A stretch of DNA of 64,000 nt from Vicugna vicugna. Its lineage: Eukaryota. Below are positions 12,296 to 23,670 of this stretch, in pieces. The position numbers were made by a program, and so were the translations under genes. The stretch covers positions 4,728,500 through 4,792,499 of the forward strand of contig MU061814.1 in assembly GCA_013265495.1 (NCBI GenBank). The letters run 5' to 3'. A model generated the notes under the pieces. The model was not told the origin of the DNA. It ran no database searches and saw only the letters and a program-made list of their open reading frames with translations. Each line of letters opens with the position of its first letter. Within the stretch, counting starts at the first letter, position 1.

Positions 12296-12695
12296 TGTTG
12301 TTGTGGTGAAAGACACACAACATAAACTTTGCAGTCACGGCGTCCCCTTTAAGCGCGTGGCGCGGTGGCATTAACATACATTCATAATGTCGTGCAACCG
12401 TCACCGCCTTCCGTCTGCCGACCTCTTCTCTTCTGGCAAAACTGAATCTCTGCCCCGTTAAACCCCAGCCTCCCAGCCCCCGGCCCCCGGCCCCCGGCCC
12501 ATCCTCGCAGAAGTGGGAGCGCGTGGGAGTCGTCCTTTGTGCGCCTGCGTTGTTTCACGTAGGCCGGTGTCTTCAAGGCTCATCCACATTGTAGCACATG
12601 TGAGAACTTCCTTCCTTCTTAAGGCTGAATGGTATCCGTTGTCCGGATGGACCGCAGTTTGCTTATCCATTCATCTGTCATCGGCCACATGTGGG
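12296..12695 (-). mobile_element. L1MB/L1MA9-type 3' end, antisense
   Basis: gtgcaaccgtcaccgcc...aaaactgaatctctgccccgttaaac...aggctcatccacattgtagcacatgtgagaacttccttccttcttaaggctgaat...ttatccattcatctgtca. Confidence 0.9.
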
Positions 12696-13309
12696 GCTGA
12701 GCGCGACACCACACCTCTGAGCACCTCTCCCTGCAGCCCCGCCGTGAACGCGCTGTGAAGCTTCCAGTGGGAGCCCCACCCCGAGGAGGCGGGACAGGCT
12801 GGACTGTGCGGCAGCAGGGCCCCCTGAGGAGTTTGCAGAGTTGCCTTCGCTGGCCAGTGGGTTGGCCAGAGGCTGCAGGGGAGACAGCTGAGTCTTCAGC
12901 CGGCTTAGAAGTTAGAGGACCCCCACGGGGCCCCCAGGTCTGAGCTTCAGGGACCTATAGCACCAAGGCATTTCCCTTGAGTCCAGCACCCAAGACAAGA
13001 ACACAATTCTCACATCCTCAGCTCATACCAATCAAGTCCTCTTCTTTCATTCCAAGGAGACTCCTGGGGGTCTCCAAGCACAGGGACCTTTGTCTATCTT
13101 GGAAGCAGACCCTGTGGTTGAGCAGCTAGCCCCTGCTTCCCTCTGAGATCCCTCTGCCTCATGGCAAGAACACCCTGCTGTTCCCTGCACCCTTGAGGCT
13201 GCTTTCCAGGCAAGGACCAGAGCACCCAACCTTTAGTGACCTGGGCACTATGATTTTATTTTATGTTTTGAGAAGTGAAGAGAGAGTTGGTAATGGCTCA
13301 TGGGCTCAG

Positions 13310-13600
13310 TGATGCACTCAAGGAGTCAAACTGTCTATTTCCTGACACCAGTGACCTTAGCTGTTGGCTTTGTGTCCTTGTGGTTGCAAGAAGGCTGCCA
13401 ATGCTCCTGCCATCTTCTCCTCTTCAAGAAATAACAGTAGTAACTATCTTTTCATGATTGTTGCTAGAAAACAAAATATCCCCATAACTGCTCCCCCTGC
13501 AACCTCCTGACTTTCCCTTCTGTCTCATCCTGCAGAGACAGGCTACAGACCAGCCTGAGCTGCAAGGGAGGCTGTGACAGCACATGGTGGCAGTATGTCC
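13310..13600 (-). mobile_element. MaLR LTR relic (MLT1J/K/L-like)
   Basis: gtggttgcaagaaggctgccaatgctcctgccatc ... ctgactttcccttctgtctcat...agctgcaagggaggctg. Confidence 0.6.
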
Positions 13601-15639
13601 CTTCCCAGCTCCTTCGGCTTCAAGAGTTGCTAGAATTTTTTTCCTTCTTTAGAGAGGAAGGTGGGGCTTTGCAATTTCATTTTTAGGTGTCATCTCATTA
13701 ATTATGTACTTATTTGCAGTGACTGTGCCTTCAGACTCCAAGGCCAGTGCTCCAACACGTTGGTGAATTATGTGTTCATTACATGAGTGCAGCATAGACA
13801 GCGTCCTGATGCCTGGAACAATCATGCACGTAATAAAAAAACCTTTGTCGTGTATTCATTTTGCTGCAGTAACCGTCTTGCCTCGTGTTGGGAGTGTTAT
13901 TAGGAGCCCCTGATGACGGTCATTTTCATAGAGCAGAGTTATTGCCATGTTTAGATTGTCAGAGTTTTTATTACGGTGCTAAAATGAAACTGATACCGGA
14001 AGAAAGTAGGCTGGCACACCTGTAGCTCCCAGGGTCTGCGAGGCAGAGGCTGCCGCTGAGGTGTGACTCAGCCGTCCGAACCAGGGCTGCAGTGGTGCCT
14101 CCGCTGTGCAGGGCCCGAGGCGGGCCAGCTGGGTGCAGACGCCTCTGAGGACGGACTAGAGGGCGTGTCTCCCCAAGTCCCCACCTCCCCCTCAGCGGAT
14201 TTCACCTCAGCCTCTCCATCCCCGGCTGGACCGCGTCAGGCAGGCAGGACGCTCTCGGCAGGGACGCTGTCCAGGGTGTGCGTGCGGAGGGCGGGCCGGG
14301 CCACCTTGCCGAGGTCCCTGCAGCCCGCCTGCTCTCTGTGGCTCCGTGAAGATGCCTTCTGGCCTCCCTGTCTGAGCCTCAGACCCCTCACAGCTGAGAA
14401 GCTTGGGGGAAACGCTGGCAGTTTCTCCAAATTTCACCCTGAGTTTGGACCTGAGATTCACGTGTCCGGAGAGGTGGTGGCGATGTTGTGATCGCATGAG
14501 GACCATGGTGGCTCTAGGCTGCCCCCCGCTGGAGCCGGGCCAGGCTGACGAGCTTGTGTGAGACCAGCTCCCTGCATGTAAATGGCTGCCCATCTGGGAC
14601 TAAAACCTAAGAACTGAGACCCCAGGTCAGGGGCCTGCGGGGGTGGAGGCTGCCTCAAGGTCACGAACCTGGGGCCAGGCAGGGCAAGGCAAGAGGCATA
14701 GTGGGGACTGCGTGGACATGAGAGCAGGTGCCCCCATCAGGGGGCTACTGTCTCCGTCCCCAGGATGCCACCATAGGCCAGCACGGCCAGATGTCCCCGT
14801 TTTCCCAGAGGAGCCAAAAATCCAGATACTTATATGAAAATGCTGGGGCAAAAAAGCCTGTCACGGGGCCTCGTCTTCACAGGTCTGTGGGGTCTCCTGT
14901 GTCTGTGGTAGGAAATGGGGGTGCCCCCTCGGAATCCTGGGCGTCACTGGAACCAGGCGCCGTCTCGCTCAGCCCCACCATTTCCAAAGCCCAGGTCGTA
15001 GCGCCAGAACCTTCTCACAGCCCCCCTCAGGCTTCAGCCCCCGACGCCCACCACGATGGCCATGGCTGGGCCAAGAGGCCAGGCGGAGCTTCCCGGTGCC
15101 CACACTGGCTCCACGCACAGGAGCAGCTGCCCCCTCACGTCTGTTCAGCCCCTCGCAGCTCCAACCTCCTTGAGGCAGGAGCCAGGGCACACAGATTTGG
15201 GGGGGTCCACCCCCTGCCATCCTGCACAGACACACCCCAACTTGGAAACCAGCACCTGCCCAGCTTCTTGCCAGGTGGTGCCAAGAGTTCAGCATGGCCA
15301 CAAAGACCTTCTGCACGTAACTGGTCCCAGTCTGCCGGCCCCTCACCCCCTATTTCTCACCCCTCCCCAAGGATGCATGGAGACGTCCTCCACGGCACAG
15401 GTGGAGTTACGGCAGGACCCGCTGAGTTAAATCCAGGGAGGGCCACGTGAAGGTCACACCCAACTACACTGTCACTTGGACACTGGGAGACACAGAGCAG
15501 GCCTTAAACCTTTTCCTGCTTCAGAAACCTGCGTTTGCTGCTGAGATGCGTCCCGTTACTCCTTCCCTGAGTCTGCGTCTTGTGTCATCATACAAGCAGG
15601 ATTCAGAGGCAGGGGGACCTGTGAGAGAGTCATGCCAAA

Positions 15640-15840
15640 CCCTCAGACAACGGTGGCGGCGGCGGTGGTGCTGACGACAGCAATGGCGACAGTGATGCTG
15701 TCGAGAAAAATGGCAACACAGCCCAGTGACAGAGGTGGTGCTGCTGCTGCTGGTGATGTGGATGGAGACGGTGGTGATGCCGAGAACGCCGCGAGGAGGG
15801 CGTGATGGTGCTGGTGGTGCAGGAGGAGGCAGTGCGGCCA
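15640..15840. repeat. Degenerate GGT/GCT/GAT trinucleotide low-complexity tract
   Basis: ggtggcggcggcggtggtgctg...ggtggtgctgctgctgctggtgatgtggatggagacggtggtgatg..., abutting a MIR. Confidence 0.8.
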
Positions 15841-15844
15841 CCGT

Positions 15845-16020
15845 CTGTCGAGCGCTTTCTACGGGTCTGTGTAACTACAGACACCTTCCTCTTCATGCTC
15901 TCGGCAACTGCCATCCAGCAGGTATCATCGCCCCTTTACAGAAGAAGAGATGAAGAGGAAGTGGAACCTGCCCGCAGGCACACGAATGAGTGAGATGAGG
16001 ATCGGAACCCAGAACGATTT
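15845..16020 (-). mobile_element. MIR
   Basis: gtcgagcgctttctacg...caggtatcatcgcccctttacagaagaagagatgaag...aacctgcccgcaggcacac...ggatcggaacccag. Confidence 0.75.
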
Positions 16021-17469
16021 GCATCCTACACCCGAGCTCGTTGGCATAATACCTTCAGCATGAGCTTGTGTGTTTCCTGTGCAGCTGAAGTGGCCCTCTA
16101 TGGCCACTCAGACAATCGGCGTCAGGAGAGTAAGTGCTCGTGAAGTCTCAGGGAACCAGGACGTGCTCTCCTCCATGAAGTAATTTACATCAAAGCACGG
16201 CTCAATCAGTGAACACTCTGTAGTAACGCCATGCAGTGCGGCAGCTTTGTTAGATGGAAAAGGTGTGTTTTATTGAAAAGATTGGAAGAGACAATGTCTG
16301 TAGGGTCGGGAAGAAATTGCTGGAGGAAGGCATGTCTCTAAGGACCATTGCTCTGTTTGCCACATTAAACACATCAACTTGTTTTCTTTTCCATTATAAT
16401 TCTCCAGCAGATGTCCGGAGCAACAGGACCCCAGGGGGAAATCCCCTTGTCCTCCGTAACTCGAAGACAGGGGCTCCGTTTCACTCCGGCTTTCCTTTGG
16501 ACCTCAGGGTGGTGTCATCTTCCATCCTTCTCCAAAGGCGTCTCCATGGCTACCCTGCCGAGTGCGGGATGCTGGTCGTAGCTGGATCCGCAGATGCCTT
16601 GAACCTTCTAGCGATGGATTAGAGTACAGAGAAGATGTTCTCCCTCCCCACCCCCGACACTCTCGTGATGTGAATTACGGGCATTGATGATGGCAGAGAG
16701 GCAGGAAGGAATTAAAGCAGACAGGCTCTTGGAGAGCCTCACTACAGGGTCACGGGTCTCACCTGAGGAGGCGAAGTTTCCGTCATTTCTTCCCTGTGCT
16801 GAGCTGCCTGCCTCTGTTACAAGAGCCGCTCTGTTGCACGTGTTCGTCTTTCTAATACTGACCTCATTAAATTTATTTGGAATTAACCAGCATGAAAACT
16901 TCCGAGAAAAGAGGTCTTGATAAGAAAGAGTAAGCCAGTGCCAAATAAGAGATCCAGGTCAAATTTAATCCAATTGTAGGGATATTTAGAAGGGGAAGAA
17001 AGAATCCTTTAATTTGAAGGCTTTTTTTCATCTACATCCTTCTTTCAACTTATTCTATAAAGGAGCCATTAAATTGTGTAGTAACACTGGGGCCAGTGCA
17101 TTGTAAGAACAGGCTTAACCCTCCGAAGATTACAAGTTGGAGCCAAACTTTCTGAGTGTTGGCAGCTTCAACATGAGGCTTCTTCAAGCAGGATGTCTGA
17201 AGGTTGGGTCTCTCCAAAGCCCACCCCTCTCCTGGGACCCAGTGGCCATTTCCTTTACCCCATAACCACGGTTACAAGGTTTGAGTCTGCGGCATGAAAG
17301 TTCATTTTTCTCACTTGACATGTCGATCCTAGAGTTGGTGGATTTTTTTCCTTTCTTCCCTATTCATTCCTTTACCCCATGACTTTTAAAACTATGTGAT
17401 GATACCAGAATGAAAAGTTACAGATCCAGCCTCTGACTGTAGCCTCACCACAAGGCTCACTCAGAACTC

Positions 17470-17690
17470 TGCTGAGCACTTACTGTGGGCAAGGTCCTGT
17501 CCAACTGCTTCACGTACAAGACTTCCTTCAAAATTCCCTCAAACTTTGGAGGTAGGTACTATTTGTATCTCTGTTTTACCAACAGGGAAACTGAGGCAGA
17601 GAGGGAGTTAAATAACTTGCCCAAGATCACACGGTAGAAAATAGCAGGTCCAGGATCTGACCCCACGTGGTCTGGACCCAGAGTTGACTC
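17470..17690 (-). mobile_element. MIR, near full length
   Basis: ctgagcacttactgtgggcaagg...ggaggtaggtactatt...gggaaactgaggcagagagggagttaaataacttgcccaagatcacac...ggatctgacccca. Confidence 0.9.
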
Positions 17691-17751
17691 TGATTCATCT
17701 CGCCCTGTGGCATTTCTGTTATATTGTCAACTGCCCACTTGATTTTCAAAC

Positions 17752-18017
17752 TTACCATCATCATTATCATCTCCATCACCATCTCCTCCANNNNNNNNNN
17801 NNNNNNNNNNNNNNNNNNNNNNNNNNNNNNNNNNNNNNNNNNNNNNNNNNNNNNNNNNNNNNNNNNNNNNNNNNNNNNNNNNNNNNNNNNNNNNNNNNNN
17901 NNNNNNNNNNNNNNNNNNNNNNNNNNNNNNNNNNNNNNNNNNNNNNNNNNNNNNNNNNNNNNNNNNNNNNNNNNNNNNNNNNNNNNNTCATTATCATCTC
18001 CATCACCATCTCCTCCA
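17752..18017. repeat. (CAT/CAC/CTC)n-type simple or tandem repeat interrupted by gaps
   Basis: ttaccatcatcattatcatctccatcaccatctcctcca. An identical 30-mer occurs at 17761-17790 and 17988-18017. Confidence 0.85.
17791..17987. other. Assembly gap (197 N)
   Basis: N run flanked by CAT/CAC-rich simple repeat. Confidence 0.99.
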
Positions 18018-18240
18018 NNNNNNNNNNNNNNNNNNNNNNNNNNNNNNNNNNNNNNNNNNNNNNNNNNNNNNNNNNNNNNNNNNNNNNNNNNNNNNNNNNN
18101 NNNNNNNNNNNNNNNNNNNNNNNNNNNNNNNNNNNNNNNNNNNNNNNNNNNNNNNNNNNNNNNNNNNNNNNNNNNNNNNNNNNNNNNNNNNNNNNNNNNN
18201 NNNNNNNNNNNNNNNNNNNNNNNNNNNNNNNNNNNNNNNN
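18018..18240. other. Assembly gap (223 N)
   Basis: N run. Confidence 0.99.
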
Positions 18241-18859
18241 AAACAAGACATCATTTCTATTACTTTTCTCCTCACCATCTGGAGGAAAAGGAATTGGAAA
18301 AAGGAAATTGCGTATTTTATGCACAACTGCCAACTCAAAGGTTCAATTTTATAATAGCTTATGCAAAACAGCAGTACAAGCAATTCTCAGTTATTTGGGA
18401 GAATCAGATAACTGTAAAATGTGAATAAGGAGAAACACAAGTACACTTGATTTAGGACTGCATTGTGCTGATTTTTAATAGACCATTTTTTATGAAATGA
18501 ATTTTCATAAAAGCTTTTCCCAAAGTATGTCCTATGGAGCAACCATGGTATCGCAGTGGCTGTTTTGGCAGGGGGAGTGAAGTGCCCAGCGGTCAGATTG
18601 CTCTGGCTTCGTTAACCAAGATGAAGCAGGCCTCCTTTCTGCAGGACTTCTCAGGGCCTTTGGCGCGCTCCCACCTAGGGAGCTTCTCTGAAACATGTTG
18701 TGATAGGCAGCCTTTGCCAAACGCATTTGACCTTGGAACCCTTCCCCTGCCAACAGAACTCTTAGAATTGGAATAGACTGACATTTTGGTTACTGGTTTG
18801 GGTATAACGTGGCACCTGCAAGTTTCATCTAGTCTCACAACCAGTGGCCCTTTAGCCCT

Positions 18860-19290
18860 TTCTCTGTGCCAGACACAGACTGCCCTCATAGGACACTCAG
18901 TCTCAGGAAAGACAGTATTAGTCAAATAATCAAATAAAGATATATGGAAACTGTGACAAATACCACCAAGAAGACAGAGAGGCCGTGCTGTAAAAGTCAG
19001 CCCAATCCAGGCTGGCGGTGGGGGTGGAGGTAGCACCTAAACTAAGAACTGGAGCATGAACAGGAGTTAACTCAGAAAAGGAAGGTGCGCAAAGGTCCTG
19101 AGACAGAGGCAGACACAGTGCATCTAAGGATCTAAAGGAAGGCCAGCATGGCTGGGGAGGAGGGAGGGAGGGCCTGGTAGGGTGTTGGGAGAGGATGGGG
19201 AACAGCTACTTGGTCTAGGCTGGGCTGGGCAGAGAGTCCAGGAAGGAGGCCTGGGTAGGTTCTGGGGTCAGGCCAAGACCTTTGTTGATA
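18860..19290 (-). mobile_element. L2 fragment
   Basis: tgtgccagacacagactgccctcatagg...gtcaaataatcaaataaa...actaagaactggagcatgaacaggagttaac...gcaaaggtcctgag...aaggaaggccagcatggctgg. Confidence 0.8.
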
Positions 19291-20114
19291 ATCTCAGGTC
19301 TGCCCACCTCCTCCTAGCCAGCATTCTCACAGCCAACAAAGCCAGAAGGCCCTGGAGCTAGAGCAAGTTCCCATGCAGATGACTGCTGCTCTGGCAGGGA
19401 TGGTCCCAGACACTGCCCTGCACCTGGGGAGGCAGGAGGCAGCCAGCATGCCCCCTCTCGGCTGGGCCTGAGGGTCCCATGTGTCATAACCCACCAGAGA
19501 TGCAGCACAGGCTGCTCGTGGCAGACCGTCAGGTCCTTCCTTCCTCTGCTGATGTTACAGCAAAGCCCCAAGAGCCCAGCTCCGTGAGGACATCCAGAAA
19601 GAGGAGCTCTGTCTTCTAAAACTTAGAATTCAGCTCAAGGCCATTACTGCTGGTAAGAATAATCCTCCGTTAATCACCTGCTCTGCGTGGTTCCTGAGTA
19701 TGATGAGTGCTTAGAATAAACTCAGATTAAGAGGGAAAAAGCACCCAAGAGGTTGCCATGGTGACAGCCTATGTACCAGCCCTTGCAGATACTTCTGATG
19801 TCACTTCCCTGACCCCCAGCTCTATCTGAGCCCCTTCAGGAGTTCCCTTTGTAGGAAACAACCTGGTAAACTCTCACCGAATCCCTCCTTCCCATCTGGT
19901 AGAATCAAAAAGACATGAAAGAAGAGAATATACGTTAAGGTTTCCCCTTACTGATTCTATAAGTTATAGTCAAATCCTGCAATGAAATGCTCTTGAAACG
20001 ATAAATCCTATACTTAAGAATTTACATGGAAAAATCCCCAAGAAGTGAAAAAGTGACAGAGTAACACATACATTATGATCTTGGTTATGTAAAACAGTTA
20101 TAAAGGGTCCATAA

Positions 20115-20186
20115 CTACACCTGCACCTGCACCTACACCTACACCTGCACCTGCACCTGCATCTACACCTACACCTTCACCTGTAC
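20115..20186. repeat. Hexanucleotide tandem repeat, 12 units of CT(A/G)CAC
   Basis: ctacac ctgcac ctgcac ctacac ctacac ctgcac ctgcac ctgcat ctacac ctacac cttcac ctgtac. Confidence 0.95.
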
Positions 20187-20994
20187 CTGGAACTCTCTGG
20201 GAGAGAGGGGGAAAAAGTCAACACAACTTTTCACCTTTCACCTCAACCCCTGTGACACTTCTTAAAGGTTTGCCATAAATACAAATTGCTTTTTAAATTT
20301 TAAATAAATAGGAGAAGGGTCACCCTGAGCAGCCACAGTACACACGTGGCTTGTGACCTGACAAGTGCATGGCAGGGGGATTTCTTAGGCAGCATCCGGA
20401 ATTCACGCGAGGGGAGGGGCCCTGCCTCACGGAGCAGGTGGAACCGAGCAACCAGCCGCAGGGGAGACGTGCCTGTTCACAAAAGCTGGACTTTCTTGAA
20501 ACTGCTGGGGATGCACCAGTGACGGGAAGGACACCGGGGGCAGGCGCCTGGCAGCGTCCCGTGTCCTCCCTCCCAGCCGCCCGGTCTACGCGCCGGGAAC
20601 GGAGACGCCGGCTCCTGTGGCCACAGCGCCGCCTGCCGGGAGCCGCGAGAACAGCACACGCGGCCGCTGGCTGCACTCCCGGCCTCCGGGCACTTGGCCG
20701 TCCTCCACGTGGGCAGCGGCTCTTCCCGGTTAGTCCGGGCGGGTCTGGTGCGCGGAGTCCTACTCACTCCTCTGTGCACCAGTGACCCTCCAGGTGACTA
20801 TGGACTCGACAGTGATAACCACTCCTCTGGAGTTACTTGGGAGTTACCAGCAGCCCTGTCACTGACCCACAAATACGTAACAGGGCGTAGGAGGCAGTGG
20901 GGCCATCGCTCTGGGTCACCGGCCATCTGCGTCCAGAAGTTTGGGAACTGGGCACTGACCAGGGAGCCTCAGCGGCCCCCCCCCACCCCTGCTT

Positions 20995-21520
20995 TTATTT
21001 TGGTAAAAGACGCCCAACATAAAATGTACCCTTAATGACATAGTCCACGCACAGCCATCTAGTTCCAGAACATGTTCGTCCCCTCCAAGGCAGACCCCGC
21101 TCCCCAGCCCCTGGAAACCACACGTCTGCTCCTGTGCGTCTGCCTGTTCTGGGCGCTGCTGAAATCGTGCGCTACGTGGGCTCCCGCGTCTGGCTTCTCT
21201 CCCAGCGCACGATGTGTGTGAGCCCCCACGCTGGGGCCTGGGTCCCTGCGCTGTCGACTCTTCCGCTGTCCACAGACCACATCCCACTTCTCTTTTCAGC
21301 AGCTGACAGCTGACAGACGCAGGCGGTTTCCACCTTTCGGCCGCTGTGGACGCAGGTGTGCACGTGTTTCCTCGACCCCGTGTTTTCAGTTCTCTGGGCC
21401 ACACGCCCGGTGAGACTGCTGGGTCCCATGGTGATCTTGTTTCACTTCTGAGGAACCGCCAGCCCGGCTCCACGTGGCTGTGGGCCTCCTGTCGGGGGGC
21501 TGGTGAGTGGGTGCCTCCCT
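20995..21520 (-). mobile_element. Old L1 (L1MB/L1ME-type) 3' end, antisense
   Basis: ttttattttggtaaaagacgcccaacataaaatgtacc...ctagttccagaacatgttcgtcccct...ccccagcccctggaaaccac...ctgggtcccatggtgatcttgtttcacttctgaggaaccgccag. Confidence 0.85.
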
Positions 21521-23112
21521 TCCCAGCATTTACTACAGACCAGACAGCAGGGCAGGTTTGGGTCCAGGAGCCCTACAGACGCACCCTTGGTGCTGATGGC
21601 CACCGGCAGGACCCACTGGCGGTTTGAGGGTCGCCCTGTTCTTGCCAGGAGCGTGGCCGTGTTCACGGGGCTTGGGTGCTGATGGCTCTGCCTCTTGGTG
21701 ACGCGGCGCAGCCCTCTCCCACCACCCCGGGCTGGCCCGGGTTGGAGACAAGGCTCCCTGGGGCCGCCTGGCTGGAGTGCGTGTGTTCAGCAAACAGACC
21801 AAAAGTCTGTTAGAGCTCCCGGGCTTCCTGAGTCTTGGCTGCTGCAGCATCTCCCGCTCACGCCAAGCAGGAGGGGCCGCTCCGCACCTGGAGCCAATCC
21901 CAGCGTGCTGGCCGGAGTCAGCGGATTCAGGGCGCGCTGTGCGGGGAAATGGGACGAGACTCTTGACTCCTCCTCTGGGGGACCAGATATGACAACAGGC
22001 AGGGCATGGGTGACAAAGCTGAGGGTGAACACCAGCCCGTGAGTAGTGAGTTCTCGTGTCATGCCCCCCGCCCCGCTGACCCCTGCCTCCGTCGGGCTGA
22101 GGCAGTGAGTTCCACCCGGGGAACCCACTGCCGCTACTTCGGACAGAAAGGAGCCTGCCAGGGGGGCCTGCGCTGCTCAGGGGCTGGACGGGAAGGCTGG
22201 CCAGCAGGGGGCCCCAGGACTCTGGGTCTTGAGGGAGATGTTCCTGTGGTGGAGGACTTCCAGCACACTTCCGACCCCTGATTCTTCCTTGACTCAACAT
22301 CTGCGGTTGAGAGAGAGAAGCTGATTGGCCCAGCTGCGCTCCTGGGCCTGCCTGCTGGCCAAGGGAGGTCAGGGCGTCTTGACCAGCCATCTCCCCAGGC
22401 CCACTCACAGTGGGGAGTGATGACCCCCCAGAAGGAAATCAGGCCTCCGGTGCCAAAAGAGCCGGGAGCGGACTGTGCACCGGCCCCGTTGTCGGCAGTA
22501 ACGTCTTCTGTTACCCCGTACCCCAAATTAAGTAGCTGCCTGTCTTTGTTAATTCGGTACAACCTGAAGGGCACTTTTGAGAAGCATCTAATTCACTCTT
22601 CCCCACCAGGCAAATTCTGTGAGAACATATTCATGGCCTTCATTAATATTCATACGACTTTGAGGATTTTCTCGTGATTTATAAAACTCAAAGTAATCAT
22701 GAGTGGTAATGTATAATAGTGTCGATGCTACACAACAAATGCCTTTTCCCATCGCATTCTGGGTTTTCCTGCTCATTACAAGAACCTAACTGAAAATAAT
22801 TGAAAGCTGAATTTCTTCGTGCTTTGAAAGTATTTCATAAAATGTAAGAAATACAAACATCTTCAAGTCTCTTAATGTTCAAGAATCAAGGGAGAGTGGG
22901 GGGTTGGGTAAGGATCGTCCCTCAGCCTCGGCCCCAGGTTAGCCCCATTAATTTGGTGAGAACAGTTTCACTTATTATGGCCGGTCTTGCTGCCTGCCCA
23001 GCGCCGCGGCAAAGGGCTTTTAAACTAAACTTGGCTGCAAGCTGAAGTGACACACGTCGGGCTCAGCTGCAGTTCCATGATCGCTCTCCAGAGCAGCTGA
23101 GGTGAGGTTCCG

Positions 23113-23670
23113 ATGCTGCCGAACTCAGGCTCGGCTGCTCGCCTCTCAAAAGCCCACACCTGAGGGGGCAGGCGTCCATAGAAAGGAAAGGTGCTTTGTT
23201 CGGAAAAGCTGGCGATCTGGGGAGAGGACGGACTCACATCCAGAGACCAGCTCTGAAGACTCTGCTCGGCCGTGGCAGTTTTAAAGGGGAAAGGGGGAAG
23301 CGGTCTCAGCTGATCGTTAAGGCAGAGGGTCGGGCCCTCTGTCTGTCTCCGCTGTGTGCAGGCCTGCCGGCTCCTCCTGATCCCCCTCCGCGCTGTCTTG
23401 CCCACGGGGTCCGCCTGCAGGTTTGCCAAGGGGGAGCTGGGGCAGAGGGTCAGCGCTGTGTAGCCACTCCACCTTCACTCCTCCTCCTTTTGATCCAGGA
23501 GAGGAAGCGAAGGGTTAGGCGAGGCGCTGGCGTGCTCAGCAGAGCAGGGGTCAGGAGCTGGGCTGAATGCTGCCCCGTGGTCTAGCTTCGTGGTTAAGTT
23601 CTGAGCAAAACGATGAACAAAGAGGAAAGGGGTGATAGAGCCCCTCACGGGGACCCTGGGCCTGAGAGCC
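23113..23670 (-). mobile_element. ERV (class I-type) solo LTR, family not determined
   Basis: tgctgccgaactcaggctcggctgctcgcctctcaaaagcc...ggaaaggtgctttgttc...ggggagaggacggactc...gaccagctctgaagactctgct is a recognisable laurasiatherian LTR terminus with a degenerate polyA signal on the - strand. Confidence 0.7.

Noticed and set aside
15630-15953. Poly-His/Gln/Gly-like ORFs
   Set aside because: They derive from a degenerate trinucleotide tract attached to a MIR tail.
17684-18428. ORFs spanning the N gaps, and the idea that CDH4 exon 4 is hidden there
   Set aside because: The ORFs are artefacts of X codons. The gap flanks are CAT-type simple repeat without splice signals, so exon 4 most likely lies upstream of the window.
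18488-18512. 10-bp perfect inverted repeat ttttatgaaa/tttcataaaa with a 5-nt loop
   Set aside because: Roughly one such repeat is expected by chance in 64 kb, more so in AT-rich sequence. The stem is too short for a pre-miRNA.
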